A program made the position numbers and the translations under genes. A DNA stretch of 64,000 bases, from the NCBI GenBank assembly GCA_046290225.1, contig JBKAGE010000077.1, positions 1-64,000 of the forward strand, read 5' to 3'. This DNA comes from Bradymonadia bacterium (lineage in GTDB: Bacteria; Myxococcota_A; Bradymonadia; UBA7976; UBA1532). The notes beneath the pieces are model-generated. The model worked only from the letters and a program-made list of their open reading frames with translations. It searched no databases and was not told the DNA's origin. Of this stretch, positions 49,049 through 59,572 are shown one piece after another; position 1 is the stretch's first letter, and the number at the start of each line of letters is the position of its first letter.

Positions 49049-49600
49049 TCAATTGGCGTGCGAGAGCACCACATCTGGCCAGAGCAGCGCATCAGGGCCC
49101 GTGGCCGCCTGAGCCGCTCTGAACTCTGCCACGGTGGGGTACTGATCAGCCTCGAGCTTGAGGCGCACAGCATCCATCACCCGGATGATGTCGGCATAGG
49201 GCACATCTGCATCTGCAGTGAGCACCAGGGGGTTGGCTTCGGGGAAGCGTGCTCGCAGCTGATGCATCACCGAATACAAAGCGTTGAGATCGAGCCCGGT
49301 CTCCAGACGGGGGATCTCGATGGGGGCCTGCTCGCCGGCATCGTCGAGGGGTCGATCGCCCTGGATCGAGAAGCCATGGGCACCGATCCCCAGAGTGATG
49401 GTCACCGGTGGTTCAGCGGGCGGATTGGGTGACGGGATCGCGGGACCGAACTTCGAAGCGTTGACGTTGACCACCCCCAACTGCACGAAGCTGGCCCCGA
49501 AGAGGACCATGGGGATCAAGCACACCACGAGGTTCATGATGGGGACGAGGTTCAACTCCGACTCAGCCTCGGCTGAGCGCACGTATGCTCTGCGCTGCAT
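49049..49600 (-). CDS. ExbD/TolR family protein
   Basis: ELNLVPIMNL TM segment, LTADADVPYADIIRVMDAVR. Confidence 0.85.
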   Translation of the reverse strand: MQRRAYVRSAEAESELNLVPIMNLVVCLIPMVLFGASFVQLGVVNVNASKFGPAIPSPNPPAEPPVTITLGIGAHGFSIQGDRPLDDAGEQAPIEIPRLETGLDLNALYSVMHQLRARFPEANPLVLTADADVPYADIIRVMDAVRLKLEADQYPTVAEFRAAQAATGPDALLWPDVVLSHAN

Positions 49601-49925
49601 CAGCGTGACTCCCGGCAGCGAGGCTGCCTGACTCAACAGTTCATGTGATTGATCACCCCCGGGGCATCTGCACAGTGATCATCTCGTAGGACATTGAGAC
49701 TTCGGCAAAGTTCCCCCGAAATCCAGCCAACACGGGTACTTTCCACGGTGTTCCACATCCACCCCTTCGAATGAGTGACTGAAACAAACAGAACGCTTCA
49801 AAGATCAGGAGACAAAATGGGTCACATTCGACCCATGGTTCTCAATGCGGTTTCTGAGGAAAATGTGTAGAGTAGTTCCCCCTCCAGTGAAGGAGAGGTC
49901 ACCGTTGAGGGAGTGTCCGTCGATC

Positions 49926-50870
49926 ATGAGCAACCCGAATGCCCACGAGAGCACCAGCGACGAGGTCGCCGCCTCCAGGGCTGCACCTCGAGATGTACCC
50001 ACCGTTTCGATCATCATGCCGGCCTACAACATGGAGGCCTACATCGCCAACGCGATCGAATCGGTCCTGAACCAGACGGTCCCGGCCACGGAGATCCTGG
50101 TGGTGGACGACGGCTCGACTGATCGCACCACGGAGATCGTCAAGAGCTTTGGCGACAAGGTGCGTCTCTTCGAGCAAGACCACCTCGGGCCCTACCCTGC
50201 GCGTAACCTCGCCGGCCGCTACGCCGTCGGCGAGTGGCTGGCCTATCTCGATGCCGACGACACGTGGCTGCCCAACAAGCTCGAACGTCAGTTCGAGTAC
50301 ATCCGAGACGACGTCGCCCTGATCTACACCGATCGCTACAACACGGGCGTCCTCGCCGGGCTGCCCGACGTGCACAGCCACGCACAGCCCATGTACTCTG
50401 GCGACGTCTTCGAGACCCTGCTCGCGGGCAACTACATCACCACTTCGTCAGTGCTGTTGCGCGCTTCGGTTCTCCACGAGCTCGGCGGGTTCTCGATGCA
50501 CCCCGAGCTCGCTGTGGGTGGGGACTGGGACATGTGGCTGAGGGTGGCCGCCGAGCATCAAGTGATCTTCATCGACGAGCCTCTGGTGAACTACCTGCTC
50601 CATGCTCAGGGGGTGAGTCGCAACCTCAACCGCATGCTCAAATCTCGCATGCGTTCGATCAATCGCGCCCTCTCTTCACCACGCGGCCAGGCCCTCGATC
50701 CCAGCTTCAGCCGCCAGATCCTGGCGGCGACGCATCGCTGCAACGGGTGGGACGCCAACCGCCTGGGCAATCGAAAGAGCGCGATGATCTCCTATGTTCA
50801 GGCTGCGATGACTTGGCCCTTCGAGAAGGAGAACTTCCTGGGCCTCGCCCGGACAGTCCTCAAGCGCTGA
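49926..50870 (+). CDS. Glycosyltransferase family 2
   Basis: VSIIMPAYN, VVDDGSTD, ARN, YLDADD, DWDMWLR. Confidence 0.92.
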   Translation: MSNPNAHESTSDEVAASRAAPRDVPTVSIIMPAYNMEAYIANAIESVLNQTVPATEILVVDDGSTDRTTEIVKSFGDKVRLFEQDHLGPYPARNLAGRYAVGEWLAYLDADDTWLPNKLERQFEYIRDDVALIYTDRYNTGVLAGLPDVHSHAQPMYSGDVFETLLAGNYITTSSVLLRASVLHELGGFSMHPELAVGGDWDMWLRVAAEHQVIFIDEPLVNYLLHAQGVSRNLNRMLKSRMRSINRALSSPRGQALDPSFSRQILAATHRCNGWDANRLGNRKSAMISYVQAAMTWPFEKENFLGLARTVLKR

Positions 50871-50872
50871 CG

Positions 50873-51880
50873 TCAGTCATTCGGGCCGCACGCTGCGCCT
50901 TCACACCGTACCCGAGCGATGCGATTGAGCACCTGCACCGAGCAGGTGGTGGCGTCGAACTGGAACAGCACCCAGAACTCGTGTGAGTCAGGCGGGATCG
51001 GTTGCAGCACCCGCCCCCCGAACCTGACCCGCTCTCCGCGGCACACCATGCTCACGCTCACTTCACCCTCAGTCTCGACGCCGAAGCTGCCCTCTGCAGG
51101 GCCCACCCCCACGACATAGACCCCCGCTGTGGGTGAGTTGAGTCGCACCTGGTTGCGATTGGCCCGAGGCTCGGCGGCCCAATAACCCGGATTGCAGAAA
51201 GCCGGTGTCGCCCCCTGACGCCAACAATCGTCGGCGCTGAACGGATCAGCGCCTTCGGGGTAGACGTGCACATCGTAGCGCACCCCTGGATCAGGCCAGT
51301 CAGCCGTGATCCAGACTGTGGGGATCACCTCGTCACACACATCGCCGATGCCGTCTTCGTCGACGTCGGCCTGATCGGGATTGGGCAACCCGGGGCAGTT
51401 GTCACAGGCGTCGACGAGGCCATCACCGTCGTCGTCTCCTGGCGGCGGGTTGGCCACCTGAGGGCAGTCGTCGCACAGCTCCCCGATGCCGTCACCGTCT
51501 TGATCAACCTGATAGGGATCAGGGATGTCAGGACACACATCGACGTCATCGGTGATGCCATCATTGTCACGATCACCAGGGGGCTCGACGATACCGCCCA
51601 TACCGCCCATACCGCCCATACCCGCCATCCCGCCAGCGCCACCGAGGCCGCCAGCGCCGCCCATATCGAGCACGCCCAGATCGAAGCGTGCCTCTGCGTC
51701 TGGCTCCATGACCCCGCCAGCACCACCACCTGCGCCCCCCACGGCAGCATCGATGGGCCTGCAGAAGGCATCGCCTATGCCGCAAATGGGCTCGAAGTTC
51801 AGCTCGGGCTCTTCGAGGCAGCCCAGCAGGCTCATGGAGAGCAGGCCGGTGAGCGCGATGTGTCTGAGGGTGATGTTCAC
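50873..51880 (-). CDS. Thrombospondin type-3 repeat lipoprotein
   Basis: LLGC lipobox, Gly/Met linker, D.D.DG.GD.CD.CP repeats. Confidence 0.8.
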   Translation of the reverse strand: MNITLRHIALTGLLSMSLLGCLEEPELNFEPICGIGDAFCRPIDAAVGGAGGGAGGVMEPDAEARFDLGVLDMGGAGGLGGAGGMAGMGGMGGMGGIVEPPGDRDNDGITDDVDVCPDIPDPYQVDQDGDGIGELCDDCPQVANPPPGDDDGDGLVDACDNCPGLPNPDQADVDEDGIGDVCDEVIPTVWITADWPDPGVRYDVHVYPEGADPFSADDCWRQGATPAFCNPGYWAAEPRANRNQVRLNSPTAGVYVVGVGPAEGSFGVETEGEVSVSMVCRGERVRFGGRVLQPIPPDSHEFWVLFQFDATTCSVQVLNRIARVRCEGAACGPND

Positions 51881-52016
51881 GTGCGGGATCGCAGGGTGGT
51901 GCTCGACAGGTCGAGGGTAATGATCAGCGCCGGCGGCGTCTACCAACAGAGACGATACGGGATTTGGACGGACCGAGTCGGTTATCCTGCCCAGCGTAGG
52001 GTCATGTGGGGTGTGT

Positions 52017-53348
52017 ATGCGGGGATCCCTGCTCATCGTGTTGATGTGTGCGCTGACGTCGATCGCTCATGGTCGAGCATCGGTGTACCTCGATGGCCGT
52101 GATCATTGGATCATCCGGCCGCTGACGCCGGTGAATCATCAGCTCAGGCTTCAGCTCGACCAGCCAGAAGCACAGCAGAGAGCGTTCGCCGACATGCAAC
52201 ATGACCGCGTGGCGTTTGCCTCTGACGGCCACATGGGTATGCGGCTCCAACTGCTCGATGGCTCACCGGGTCGTTATCATGGCTTCTATGTGGCCAACAC
52301 ATTCGCCGAAGCCCGGATGCTCGAGGGGCTGCACCTCAACATCAACCCCACCTTCTACAACCCAAGTGCAAGCGACGGTTATCGACTCTCCGCCAGGATC
52401 CAAACAGGGATCGCGCTCCACGCAGAAGGCACACTCACCGAAATCGATGGTGATCCACTGCAAATGCGGGCCCTGCTCCATGATCTCGGCTCGGTGACGA
52501 TCGGCGAAGGGCTGTTTCTCGAAGAATGGCTCTCAGAAGGCAACGCCGTGGGCTTGCGCTGGCGACACTTCGCCCTCGATCAGATGATGATCGGTCGTGC
52601 CCTGTGGCCTTCGGACGATCTCTACAGCATTGCCTTGAGCGCCTTTGATCGGGCGATCACTTTGAGTGCCCTGGCCTGGCTCTACGCGCTCAAGCCGCAT
52701 CCTCTGGTGTCTCTCTCTGGTGACTTCCCGATCACCTCATGGTGGCGCACGAGCGCGGAAGTGGGTCTCAACACCCGGCATGGTGCATGGGCGGCGCTGC
52801 TCAGGACTGACCTGAGAGGCCAGTGGGGTCACCGATTCAAAGCACACCTGTGCTACCAGGGCCGCTTCTATGAGGCCCGTGTGGCACCCCTCGACCAAGT
52901 GGTGCCCACAAGCGTGGAGTTCAACCTGCCCTGGCGAGAGTACGGATATGTGACCAACGCTGCGGAGTTCATGGGTGCTGCGGCAGAGCACACTCAACTC
53001 ACTCACAGCCTCATGGTGGAAGGCCGGCTGCGCCTGCTCGGCACGTTGAGCCTCTTTACAGATGTCGAAGGCATCTATCGGTGGGCTGACACGAGCGCTC
53101 TGGCGGTGACGCGGTTCCACCGACTGCCCGACGACACCCCCCTCCCCGGCGAGAGTTTGAGGTGGTTCTATCGCGCCGGGCTCAGCTGGCGCCCGTGGCC
53201 AGCGGCCCCCCACCGCCTCAAGACGATGGTGTTCAACAAGCACGTGATCGATCCGTCGACGTACCCGTTCGAGATTCGATACACCACAGAGTGGGCCCGG
53301 TTCCTGAGAGCCCCAGCCTGGGCGCTCGAGGTGGAGGTGTGGTTGTGA
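52017..53348 (+). CDS. Putative outer-membrane beta-barrel protein
   Basis: Signal peptide, alternating amphipathic strands, C-terminal WALEVEVWL. Confidence 0.5.
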   Translation: MRGSLLIVLMCALTSIAHGRASVYLDGRDHWIIRPLTPVNHQLRLQLDQPEAQQRAFADMQHDRVAFASDGHMGMRLQLLDGSPGRYHGFYVANTFAEARMLEGLHLNINPTFYNPSASDGYRLSARIQTGIALHAEGTLTEIDGDPLQMRALLHDLGSVTIGEGLFLEEWLSEGNAVGLRWRHFALDQMMIGRALWPSDDLYSIALSAFDRAITLSALAWLYALKPHPLVSLSGDFPITSWWRTSAEVGLNTRHGAWAALLRTDLRGQWGHRFKAHLCYQGRFYEARVAPLDQVVPTSVEFNLPWREYGYVTNAAEFMGAAAEHTQLTHSLMVEGRLRLLGTLSLFTDVEGIYRWADTSALAVTRFHRLPDDTPLPGESLRWFYRAGLSWRPWPAAPHRLKTMVFNKHVIDPSTYPFEIRYTTEWARFLRAPAWALEVEVWL

Positions 53349-54448
53349 GACGACTCTGGCCTCTCGCAGTGATGTTGCTCGGCGCCTGCACCTTCACCCA
53401 CGAGCCAGCGCCTGCAGACACCCCCATCGACTTCTCCCTGGGTGACCTCGACCCTGACGACGAAGATGTGCTGCGGGCCGCGCTGCTGTGGCGGTATGGG
53501 GAGTCGGCGACGTTCTTCGTCACCAGCGACAGCCCTGTCTCGATCATGCCCGGTGAGATTGATCCCGCATCTGGCATGCCTGTGGGGCCTGCCCGTGGGC
53601 GCATCATGGCGCACATGCCGCCACAACACATCGTCGAACAGCTCACGGCGCTTCAATTTGGGGTCCTCATCGGAGAGACCCCTCCAGTCGCTCTGGCGGC
53701 GCCATGGCTGGTGGTCTACGTCGACGAAGACGACAACCAGCGCCTCACCCTGCCCCACCCCGCTCAGTCCGGAACGAGCCCCGATCGATTCGTGGCCATC
53801 ACGCATCCCCGAGAGACCCGCTTGTGGGCCATCACTCAGCTCGACGCGTGGTTCTCCTACCTCAACGCCTTCCAGCGTGATCGCTACTACACATCCACGG
53901 GCAATCGATACACGCCCTTTGTGTTCTTCCAGTCTTCAGGTGGTCTGGTGGACACACCAGAAGAGCTCGTCACCGAGCCGCTTCACCTCGATGTCGACGC
54001 CCTACAAACAGAAGGCACCCTCTTGTGTGTGGATAACACCGAGATCATTCCGTTCAACGGGCTGCCGCTGGAGTTCGTCGACGAGGGCATCCTGCAGATC
54101 GAAGGTGGGCTGAATCTGGTGGATATTCTGTGTCCATTTTCGGGCTGCCGGATCATCGATACGATGGCAGCGTTGGCAGACTTCATGGCCAGCCACCCTC
54201 ATCCAATTCAGGTGCGTACACAGTGCGTCGAGCTGCCTGAGCCAGCATTTCAGCCCAGCGTGACAGTCTACCGTGTGGACATCCCCACACTGGACTGCAC
54301 CGAGTGTCCATGTGACGCGGATCTGGACGAGCTGGTGCTGTACGCATCCAAGGACAACCCTCCAGAAGGCTGGCCGTGTGCAACGGATTGTGAGTTCGGT
54401 GTTCAGGCAGATGGTCTGTGCCAGCCAGATCCATCGGAAGAAAGGTAG
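53345..54448 (+). CDS. Hypothetical lipoprotein with Cys-rich C-terminus
   Basis: LLGAC lipobox, GTGA overlap with the upstream gene. Confidence 0.6.
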   Translation: MRRLWPLAVMLLGACTFTHEPAPADTPIDFSLGDLDPDDEDVLRAALLWRYGESATFFVTSDSPVSIMPGEIDPASGMPVGPARGRIMAHMPPQHIVEQLTALQFGVLIGETPPVALAAPWLVVYVDEDDNQRLTLPHPAQSGTSPDRFVAITHPRETRLWAITQLDAWFSYLNAFQRDRYYTSTGNRYTPFVFFQSSGGLVDTPEELVTEPLHLDVDALQTEGTLLCVDNTEIIPFNGLPLEFVDEGILQIEGGLNLVDILCPFSGCRIIDTMAALADFMASHPHPIQVRTQCVELPEPAFQPSVTVYRVDIPTLDCTECPCDADLDELVLYASKDNPPEGWPCATDCEFGVQADGLCQPDPSEER

Positions 54449-54468
54449 GGGCTCAAAGTGAGCACCGA

Positions 54469-55155
54469 TCAGAGCTCGGGCACGGCCCAGTCGATCGGAT
54501 CTTTGCCCCAAGCCTCAAGCTGTGCGTTCACCTGGGAGAAGGGCTTGCTGTTGAAGAAGCCATTGCGGGCAGACAGCGGCGAGGGGTGAGCGCTCTGCAC
54601 GATGGCGTGGCGATCGGTGTCGATCCACTTGGCCTTCTTCTTGGCAGGACCACCCCACAGGATGAACACCACCTTCTCGGTGTTGGCATTGATGGACTTG
54701 ATCACGGCGTCAGTGAACTTCTCCCAACCCTGCTTGCGGTGGGAGTTGGGCTGATGGGCCCGGACGGTGAGCACGGTGTTGAGCATCAGCACGCCCTGCT
54801 CGGCCCAGTTGAGCAAGAAGCCGTGCTTGGCTCGAGGGATGCCCAGATCCGACTCCATCTCCTTGTACATGTTCACCAGGGAGGGCGGCACCCTGATGCC
54901 GGGCTTCACCGAGAAGCACAGGCCATGGGCCTGACCGACGTCGTGGTAGGGGTCCTGGCCGAGAAGCACCACCTTGAGGTTGTCGACAGAGGCCTTCTGG
55001 AAGGCGGTGAACGTCTCCTCTTCGGGGGGGAAGACCTGCTCGTTGGCCCGCTCGTTGGCGATGAACTCTTCGAGCTGGGCGAAGTAGGGCTTGTCGAGCT
55101 CGTCGCCGACGAGGGCGGACCAGTCTTCGGGAAGCAAATCTTTGAGGGTGCTCAT
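54469..55155 (-). CDS. ung: Uracil-DNA glycosylase, family 1
   Basis: LGQDPYH, AHGLCFSV, PPSL.N, LNTVLTV, HPSPLS. Confidence 0.97.
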   Translation of the reverse strand: MSTLKDLLPEDWSALVGDELDKPYFAQLEEFIANERANEQVFPPEEETFTAFQKASVDNLKVVLLGQDPYHDVGQAHGLCFSVKPGIRVPPSLVNMYKEMESDLGIPRAKHGFLLNWAEQGVLMLNTVLTVRAHQPNSHRKQGWEKFTDAVIKSINANTEKVVFILWGGPAKKKAKWIDTDRHAIVQSAHPSPLSARNGFFNSKPFSQVNAQLEAWGKDPIDWAVPEL

Positions 55156-55278
55156 GGGGGTTGCCTTCTCTCTGTGTGGGCCAGTGTTGTGAAAAGCTGC
55201 ATAGTGCGGGTACCAACGCAGCGCCTCGATGGCAAGGCAAAAGCAACTAAACATCTGTTCAGAAAACAATCAATCGAC

Positions 55279-56013
55279 ATGACCCATTCTGAAGACGCTC
55301 CCCCCTGTGTGCCCCTGGACAAAGGGTATGGCCTGGTCGACGGCACCTTCCTCGATCGCCCGAGCCAGATGGTGCTCATGGTGCACGTCGACGGCGCCCC
55401 TGCCCGCGTGCACATGGCCGATCGCGGACGCCTCAAGGGTGTGCTCACGCCTGACCGCACGCTCATCCTCGCCCGGCGACCCGAGCCTGGGCGCAAAACC
55501 GCTTACCAGGCCATGGCTGCGGTGATGGACGACGGCACGCTCGTCTCTCTCGACACCCACTCACCGAACCGACTGGTGAAGCAGGCCCTCGAGCGGCGGC
55601 TGTTTTCACCCCTGGCCGATCTGCCGGAGATCAAGCGCGAGGTCACCATCGGACACAGCCGCTACGACTTCGTGGCTCGAGGACCACAAGGCAGTTGTGT
55701 GCTGGAGGTGAAATCTGCCGGGCATATCGCTGCTGATCGGATCGCACGATTCCCTGATGCGGTGACCGAGCGTGGGCGTCGCCATGTGCTGGGGTTGCGC
55801 GATCTGGCCGCGGGCGGCCAGCGGACAGCTCTGCTCTTTGTCGTGCAAGGCGAGGCCAGGGCGGTGACGCCCTACCGTGCGGTGGACCCGGCTTTCGCCG
55901 AAGCGCTGGAGGCCGCAGCAGAGGCTGGCGTAGAGCTGTATGCGCAGCAGTGCCCACTCACTCGGGCAGGGTTGATTTGGGGATCGCCCTGCCCGGTGAT
56001 CCTCAATCTCTGA
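55279..56013 (+). CDS. sfsA: DNA/RNA nuclease SfsA
   Basis: HMADRGRL, RKTAY, SRYDF, LEVKS, FPDAVTERGRRH. Confidence 0.85.
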   Translation: MTHSEDAPPCVPLDKGYGLVDGTFLDRPSQMVLMVHVDGAPARVHMADRGRLKGVLTPDRTLILARRPEPGRKTAYQAMAAVMDDGTLVSLDTHSPNRLVKQALERRLFSPLADLPEIKREVTIGHSRYDFVARGPQGSCVLEVKSAGHIAADRIARFPDAVTERGRRHVLGLRDLAAGGQRTALLFVVQGEARAVTPYRAVDPAFAEALEAAAEAGVELYAQQCPLTRAGLIWGSPCPVILNL

Positions 56014-56032
56014 TCTGCTATAAACCCCGCCC

Positions 56033-56614
56033 ATGTTGCGCTTGAGAGCAGAAACCGACGACCGCTGGCTGCCCATGGTGCTCGAAGACTTCGACGCCTT
56101 CCTGCAGAGCCACGCCCACAATGAGCGAAAGGTGGCCACATCGGCCATCACCCTCGCCAGCCAGAACCCGCAGCACGTCGAGCTCGTCGACGCCATGGCC
56201 GCCCTCGCTCAAGAGGAGCTGAGCCACTTCCATCAAGTGTTCAAGCTCATCATCGCTCGAGGCGGCCAGCTCGGCTTCGACCGGCCCGATGTCTACATGC
56301 GGCAGATGTTCAGCCACGTGCGCAAGAAGCACACCCGCACGTTCCTGCTCGACCGGCTGGTGCTCTTCGGCATCATCGAAGCCCGGGGGCTCGAGCGCTT
56401 CACCCTGGTGGCCGAGGGCCTGCCCGAAGGTGACATGCGCGCGTTCTATCAAGAGCTCGTGCGCTGCGAAGCCCGGCACTGGTCCACCCACCATCGCCTC
56501 GCCCGGCTCTACTTCGAGGAAGACGAGGTGAAGGCCCGGCTCGACGAGATGCTCGATCTCGAAGCGCAGTCGTTTTCCGACCTGCCCCTGGCCCCAGTGC
56601 TCTATGGAGCATGA
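56033..56614 (+). CDS. miaE: tRNA-(ms2io6A37) hydroxylase
   Basis: HAHNERK, EELSHF, IIEARGLERF, EARH di-iron motifs. Confidence 0.88.
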   Translation: MLRLRAETDDRWLPMVLEDFDAFLQSHAHNERKVATSAITLASQNPQHVELVDAMAALAQEELSHFHQVFKLIIARGGQLGFDRPDVYMRQMFSHVRKKHTRTFLLDRLVLFGIIEARGLERFTLVAEGLPEGDMRAFYQELVRCEARHWSTHHRLARLYFEEDEVKARLDEMLDLEAQSFSDLPLAPVLYGA

Positions 56615-57387
56615 CGCAGCCCTTCATCGGACGCCGCCTGCTGGCGGTCTTTGCTCACCCTGACGACGAGGCCTATGCCGCCGCGGGCCTGATGGCGTGG
56701 TGCCTCGCAGAGGGCGCCGAGGTGTTCCTGCTCTGTCTGAGCCGCGGAGAGGGTGGGCGACCTCACCCCAGGAGCGGCGTCGAGGTGGCCCCAGAGACCC
56801 TCGGCGATCATCGTTGGGGAGAGCTCAAGGCCGCGTGCGCCGCCATAGGCTGCCCACCCCCCCTGGGCCGCGGGTTGCCTGATGGCCGCATCGAAGATCA
56901 CCTCGATGACGCCGCCGGCGCGGTACAGATGGCCCGAGACCGCCTGCAACCCGATGTGGTGGTCACGCTGGGCCCTGATGGCGCCTACGGTCATCGAGAT
57001 CATGTGGCGTGCACCGCCGCCGTCACGCGGGGCGCTCAGGGGCTGAGGGTGCTGCACGCGGCGTTTCCCCCCGGCATGTTCACCCCCATCCGTCGCGCCC
57101 TGAAGCGCCACCTCGGCAGCTCGGGGCTGGCCCCTCTGCCTCCAGGGGGCCTCGGCGTACCGCTCAAGTCGGCGGACATCGTGCTCGATCTCGGCGCTTA
57201 TCCCGAGCTGCGCACGATCAAACAGGCCACCCTCGCCGCCCACCGATCCCAGCTCGCCAAAGGCGATCCGCTGTCGTTCCTGCGCCCCGGGTTGGTGTTT
57301 CCGTTGCTACAACGCGAGGCCTTCGTCGTCGCCGAGGGGCCTCCGCTGCCCCACCCTGGCGCAGATCTCTTCGCGGGGCTGCCGTGA
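56611..57387 (+). CDS. PIG-L/MshB-family N-acetylglucosaminyl deacetylase
   Basis: AHPDDE, SRGEGG, GAYGHRDH, AHRSQ. Confidence 0.88.
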   Translation: MTQPFIGRRLLAVFAHPDDEAYAAAGLMAWCLAEGAEVFLLCLSRGEGGRPHPRSGVEVAPETLGDHRWGELKAACAAIGCPPPLGRGLPDGRIEDHLDDAAGAVQMARDRLQPDVVVTLGPDGAYGHRDHVACTAAVTRGAQGLRVLHAAFPPGMFTPIRRALKRHLGSSGLAPLPPGGLGVPLKSADIVLDLGAYPELRTIKQATLAAHRSQLAKGDPLSFLRPGLVFPLLQREAFVVAEGPPLPHPGADLFAGLP

Positions 57388-58514
57388 TGACAGTGCTGCA
57401 CCTCACCCGTGATCTGGCGCCGTCCGGTGTCGGAGGCCTCTCCACGGCGGTGTACGGCCTGGTCCACAGCCTCGCGGCGGTGGGGTGCCCGGGGGCCGTG
57501 GCTTCCTTCGACCGATGGCGGCCCAAAGCGCAACCTGGACCCGACGCCTCACCTCCAGAGGTCGCCGAGGAAGAGGGGGTGCCGGTCCTGCGGCTGCGCT
57601 ACGCCAGTCACTTGCCCGCCCTCACTGCGTGGATCTCTACCCTGAAGCCCTCAGTGATTTGCGTACACGATGCGCTGCTGTGGTCCACCCTCTCCACGCT
57701 GCCGGTGACGCCAGAGGCCACACTCTATGTGGCCCATGTGGCCCAGCAGCACACGAGCCGGATGCGTGGGCTTGAGGTCCCGACGATGGGTGCAGCGGGA
57801 GAGCGACAGGCGCTGTACGAAGCCACAGCAGTGGTGGCGCCTTCTCGGGCTGCAGCAATGGCCCTCGAAGCAGAGCGTCATGTGCACGTATTGCCATTGG
57901 GCATCGACGTACCCGAGCGCGCACCGACGGGTCTGCCCGCCACTCAGACAGTGGTCTACGTCGGGCGGCTCGGCGACATCAAAGGCACTGACGTGCTGCT
58001 CGACGCAGCCCACGCAACCTTGAGCGCGCGCCCATCATTGCGCTGGATGATCGTCGGCGGCCTGCCGGCGCACCAGAAAGCAGAGCGGCGGTGGCGTCGC
58101 CGATGGGATCGACTCGCCGGACCTCTGGCGCCGAGGCTGCAATGGCGGGGCTGGCTCGAAGGCGAGGCGCTGTCGCTGGCGTACGCCGACGCCACGACAG
58201 TGGTGGTGCCCAGCCGCTTCGAAACCTTCGGACAGGTCCCCCTGGAGGCCGGCGCCCACGGTCGGGCGGTGGTGGCCAGCAACGCAGGAGCGCTCTCGGA
58301 GCACATCGAGCACGGCATCACGGGGCTGCTGGTGCCACCGGGAGACGCCGGGGCCCTCGTCGAAGCCTTGGGCACGGTGCTCGACGATGCCGATCTCGCC
58401 CGGAGCCTCGGGGGCCACGCCGCAGCCCGGGCCCAGGGGCATCGATGGTCGGCGGTGGCCCCTCGATGGCAGGCCCTCTTCGACACCCTCGCCTCTGCCC
58501 TGGGCGCCCGATGA
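57387..58514 (+). CDS. Glycosyltransferase family 4
   Basis: GGLS, YVGRLGDIKG, PSRFETFGQVPLEA. Confidence 0.9.
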   Translation: MTVLHLTRDLAPSGVGGLSTAVYGLVHSLAAVGCPGAVASFDRWRPKAQPGPDASPPEVAEEEGVPVLRLRYASHLPALTAWISTLKPSVICVHDALLWSTLSTLPVTPEATLYVAHVAQQHTSRMRGLEVPTMGAAGERQALYEATAVVAPSRAAAMALEAERHVHVLPLGIDVPERAPTGLPATQTVVYVGRLGDIKGTDVLLDAAHATLSARPSLRWMIVGGLPAHQKAERRWRRRWDRLAGPLAPRLQWRGWLEGEALSLAYADATTVVVPSRFETFGQVPLEAGAHGRAVVASNAGALSEHIEHGITGLLVPPGDAGALVEALGTVLDDADLARSLGGHAAARAQGHRWSAVAPRWQALFDTLASALGAR

Positions 58515-59572
58515 GCGCTCACACCGCCCGATGGATCGGCGGCGGCTTTTGGGATGCCTTCTGGGTGCTCAACGGGGTGTGGTTGATGCTGCTCGCATGG
58601 CCCTTCATCCCCGAAGATGGCCGCGGCTGGGGCACGCTCCACCTGGTCTATTTCGTACCCACGGCCCTGCTCTGGCTCGGGCACCGCTTCAGCTCGACGT
58701 GGCTGGCGTGGTTCAGCGCCGCATACAGGCCCGTACGGCGGCGCCACCCAGTACGGTTCTTTGTGGTGCCCTTCGCTGTGGCCACCCTCGCCTTCTTCTG
58801 GCTGCTGGCGCCTATGTCGCTCGTCCCCATCGAGCCTGGGGTACGGCTGCTCTGGCTCGGCGTCATCGACTTCGGGCTCATCACCTGGCACTTCTCGGCC
58901 CAACATTTCGGGGTGTTGCGCCTCTATCGGGCCCGGGCGGGCGATCGAGGTGGGCGACGCCTCGATCGGCTCGTGGCCCTCGGCCTCGGCGGCGCGGCCA
59001 TCGTGGTGGCCGAGCTCTTCGTGGGCACGAGCCTGATCCTGGACGCGTGGCCACAATGGCAGCGCCCGTGGCACAGCTTCCGCGCGTGGGCTGAGGGTCC
59101 AGTCATGGTGATCATCGCCGCCTCGACGATCTGGGCGTTGATTCGGGGGCCAGCACATCTGGGTCACCGCCTCTACGTGGTGCAACTCGGCGCCTTGGCC
59201 CTCGGCGCCATGGTGTTGCCGCCAGCGGCCTTCGTCTTCGCGTGGACGATCCAACACTGGAGCGTGGCCATGGCCCTCGCCGGTCGCGTGGTGGGCCCAC
59301 GGCCCTGGCGCTGGATGCTGATGATGATGGTGGTGTCGGTGCTGGCCCTGCCCTGGCTCGAAGCCGACGTGGCGCAGAGCGCCGATGCATATGGTCCGTT
59401 TCTGTTTCCCACGTTGTCTGCCTGGATCCAGGCCTCACCGCTGGTGCCCACCCTGGTGGCGGCGGGCTTCGCCACCGGCTTTGTGCACTACACCCTTGAT
59501 CGAGCGGTGTTCAGGCTCTCAGATCCCGAGGTCCGGGCCGCCGCGGCCCATTTGCTGGAGCCGCCCTCATGA
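58511..59572 (+). CDS. Polytopic membrane protein with conserved His motifs
   Basis: About 9 TM segments, GHRFSS, WHFSAQHFGVLRLY, QHW, HYTLDR. Confidence 0.7.
   Translation: MSAHTARWIGGGFWDAFWVLNGVWLMLLAWPFIPEDGRGWGTLHLVYFVPTALLWLGHRFSSTWLAWFSAAYRPVRRRHPVRFFVVPFAVATLAFFWLLAPMSLVPIEPGVRLLWLGVIDFGLITWHFSAQHFGVLRLYRARAGDRGGRRLDRLVALGLGGAAIVVAELFVGTSLILDAWPQWQRPWHSFRAWAEGPVMVIIAASTIWALIRGPAHLGHRLYVVQLGALALGAMVLPPAAFVFAWTIQHWSVAMALAGRVVGPRPWRWMLMMMVVSVLALPWLEADVAQSADAYGPFLFPTLSAWIQASPLVPTLVAAGFATGFVHYTLDRAVFRLSDPEVRAAAAHLLEPPS

Noticed and set aside
54418..55278. Long N-terminal extension of sfsA in the ORF track
   Set aside because: It is the antisense of ung. SfsA similarity begins near 55279
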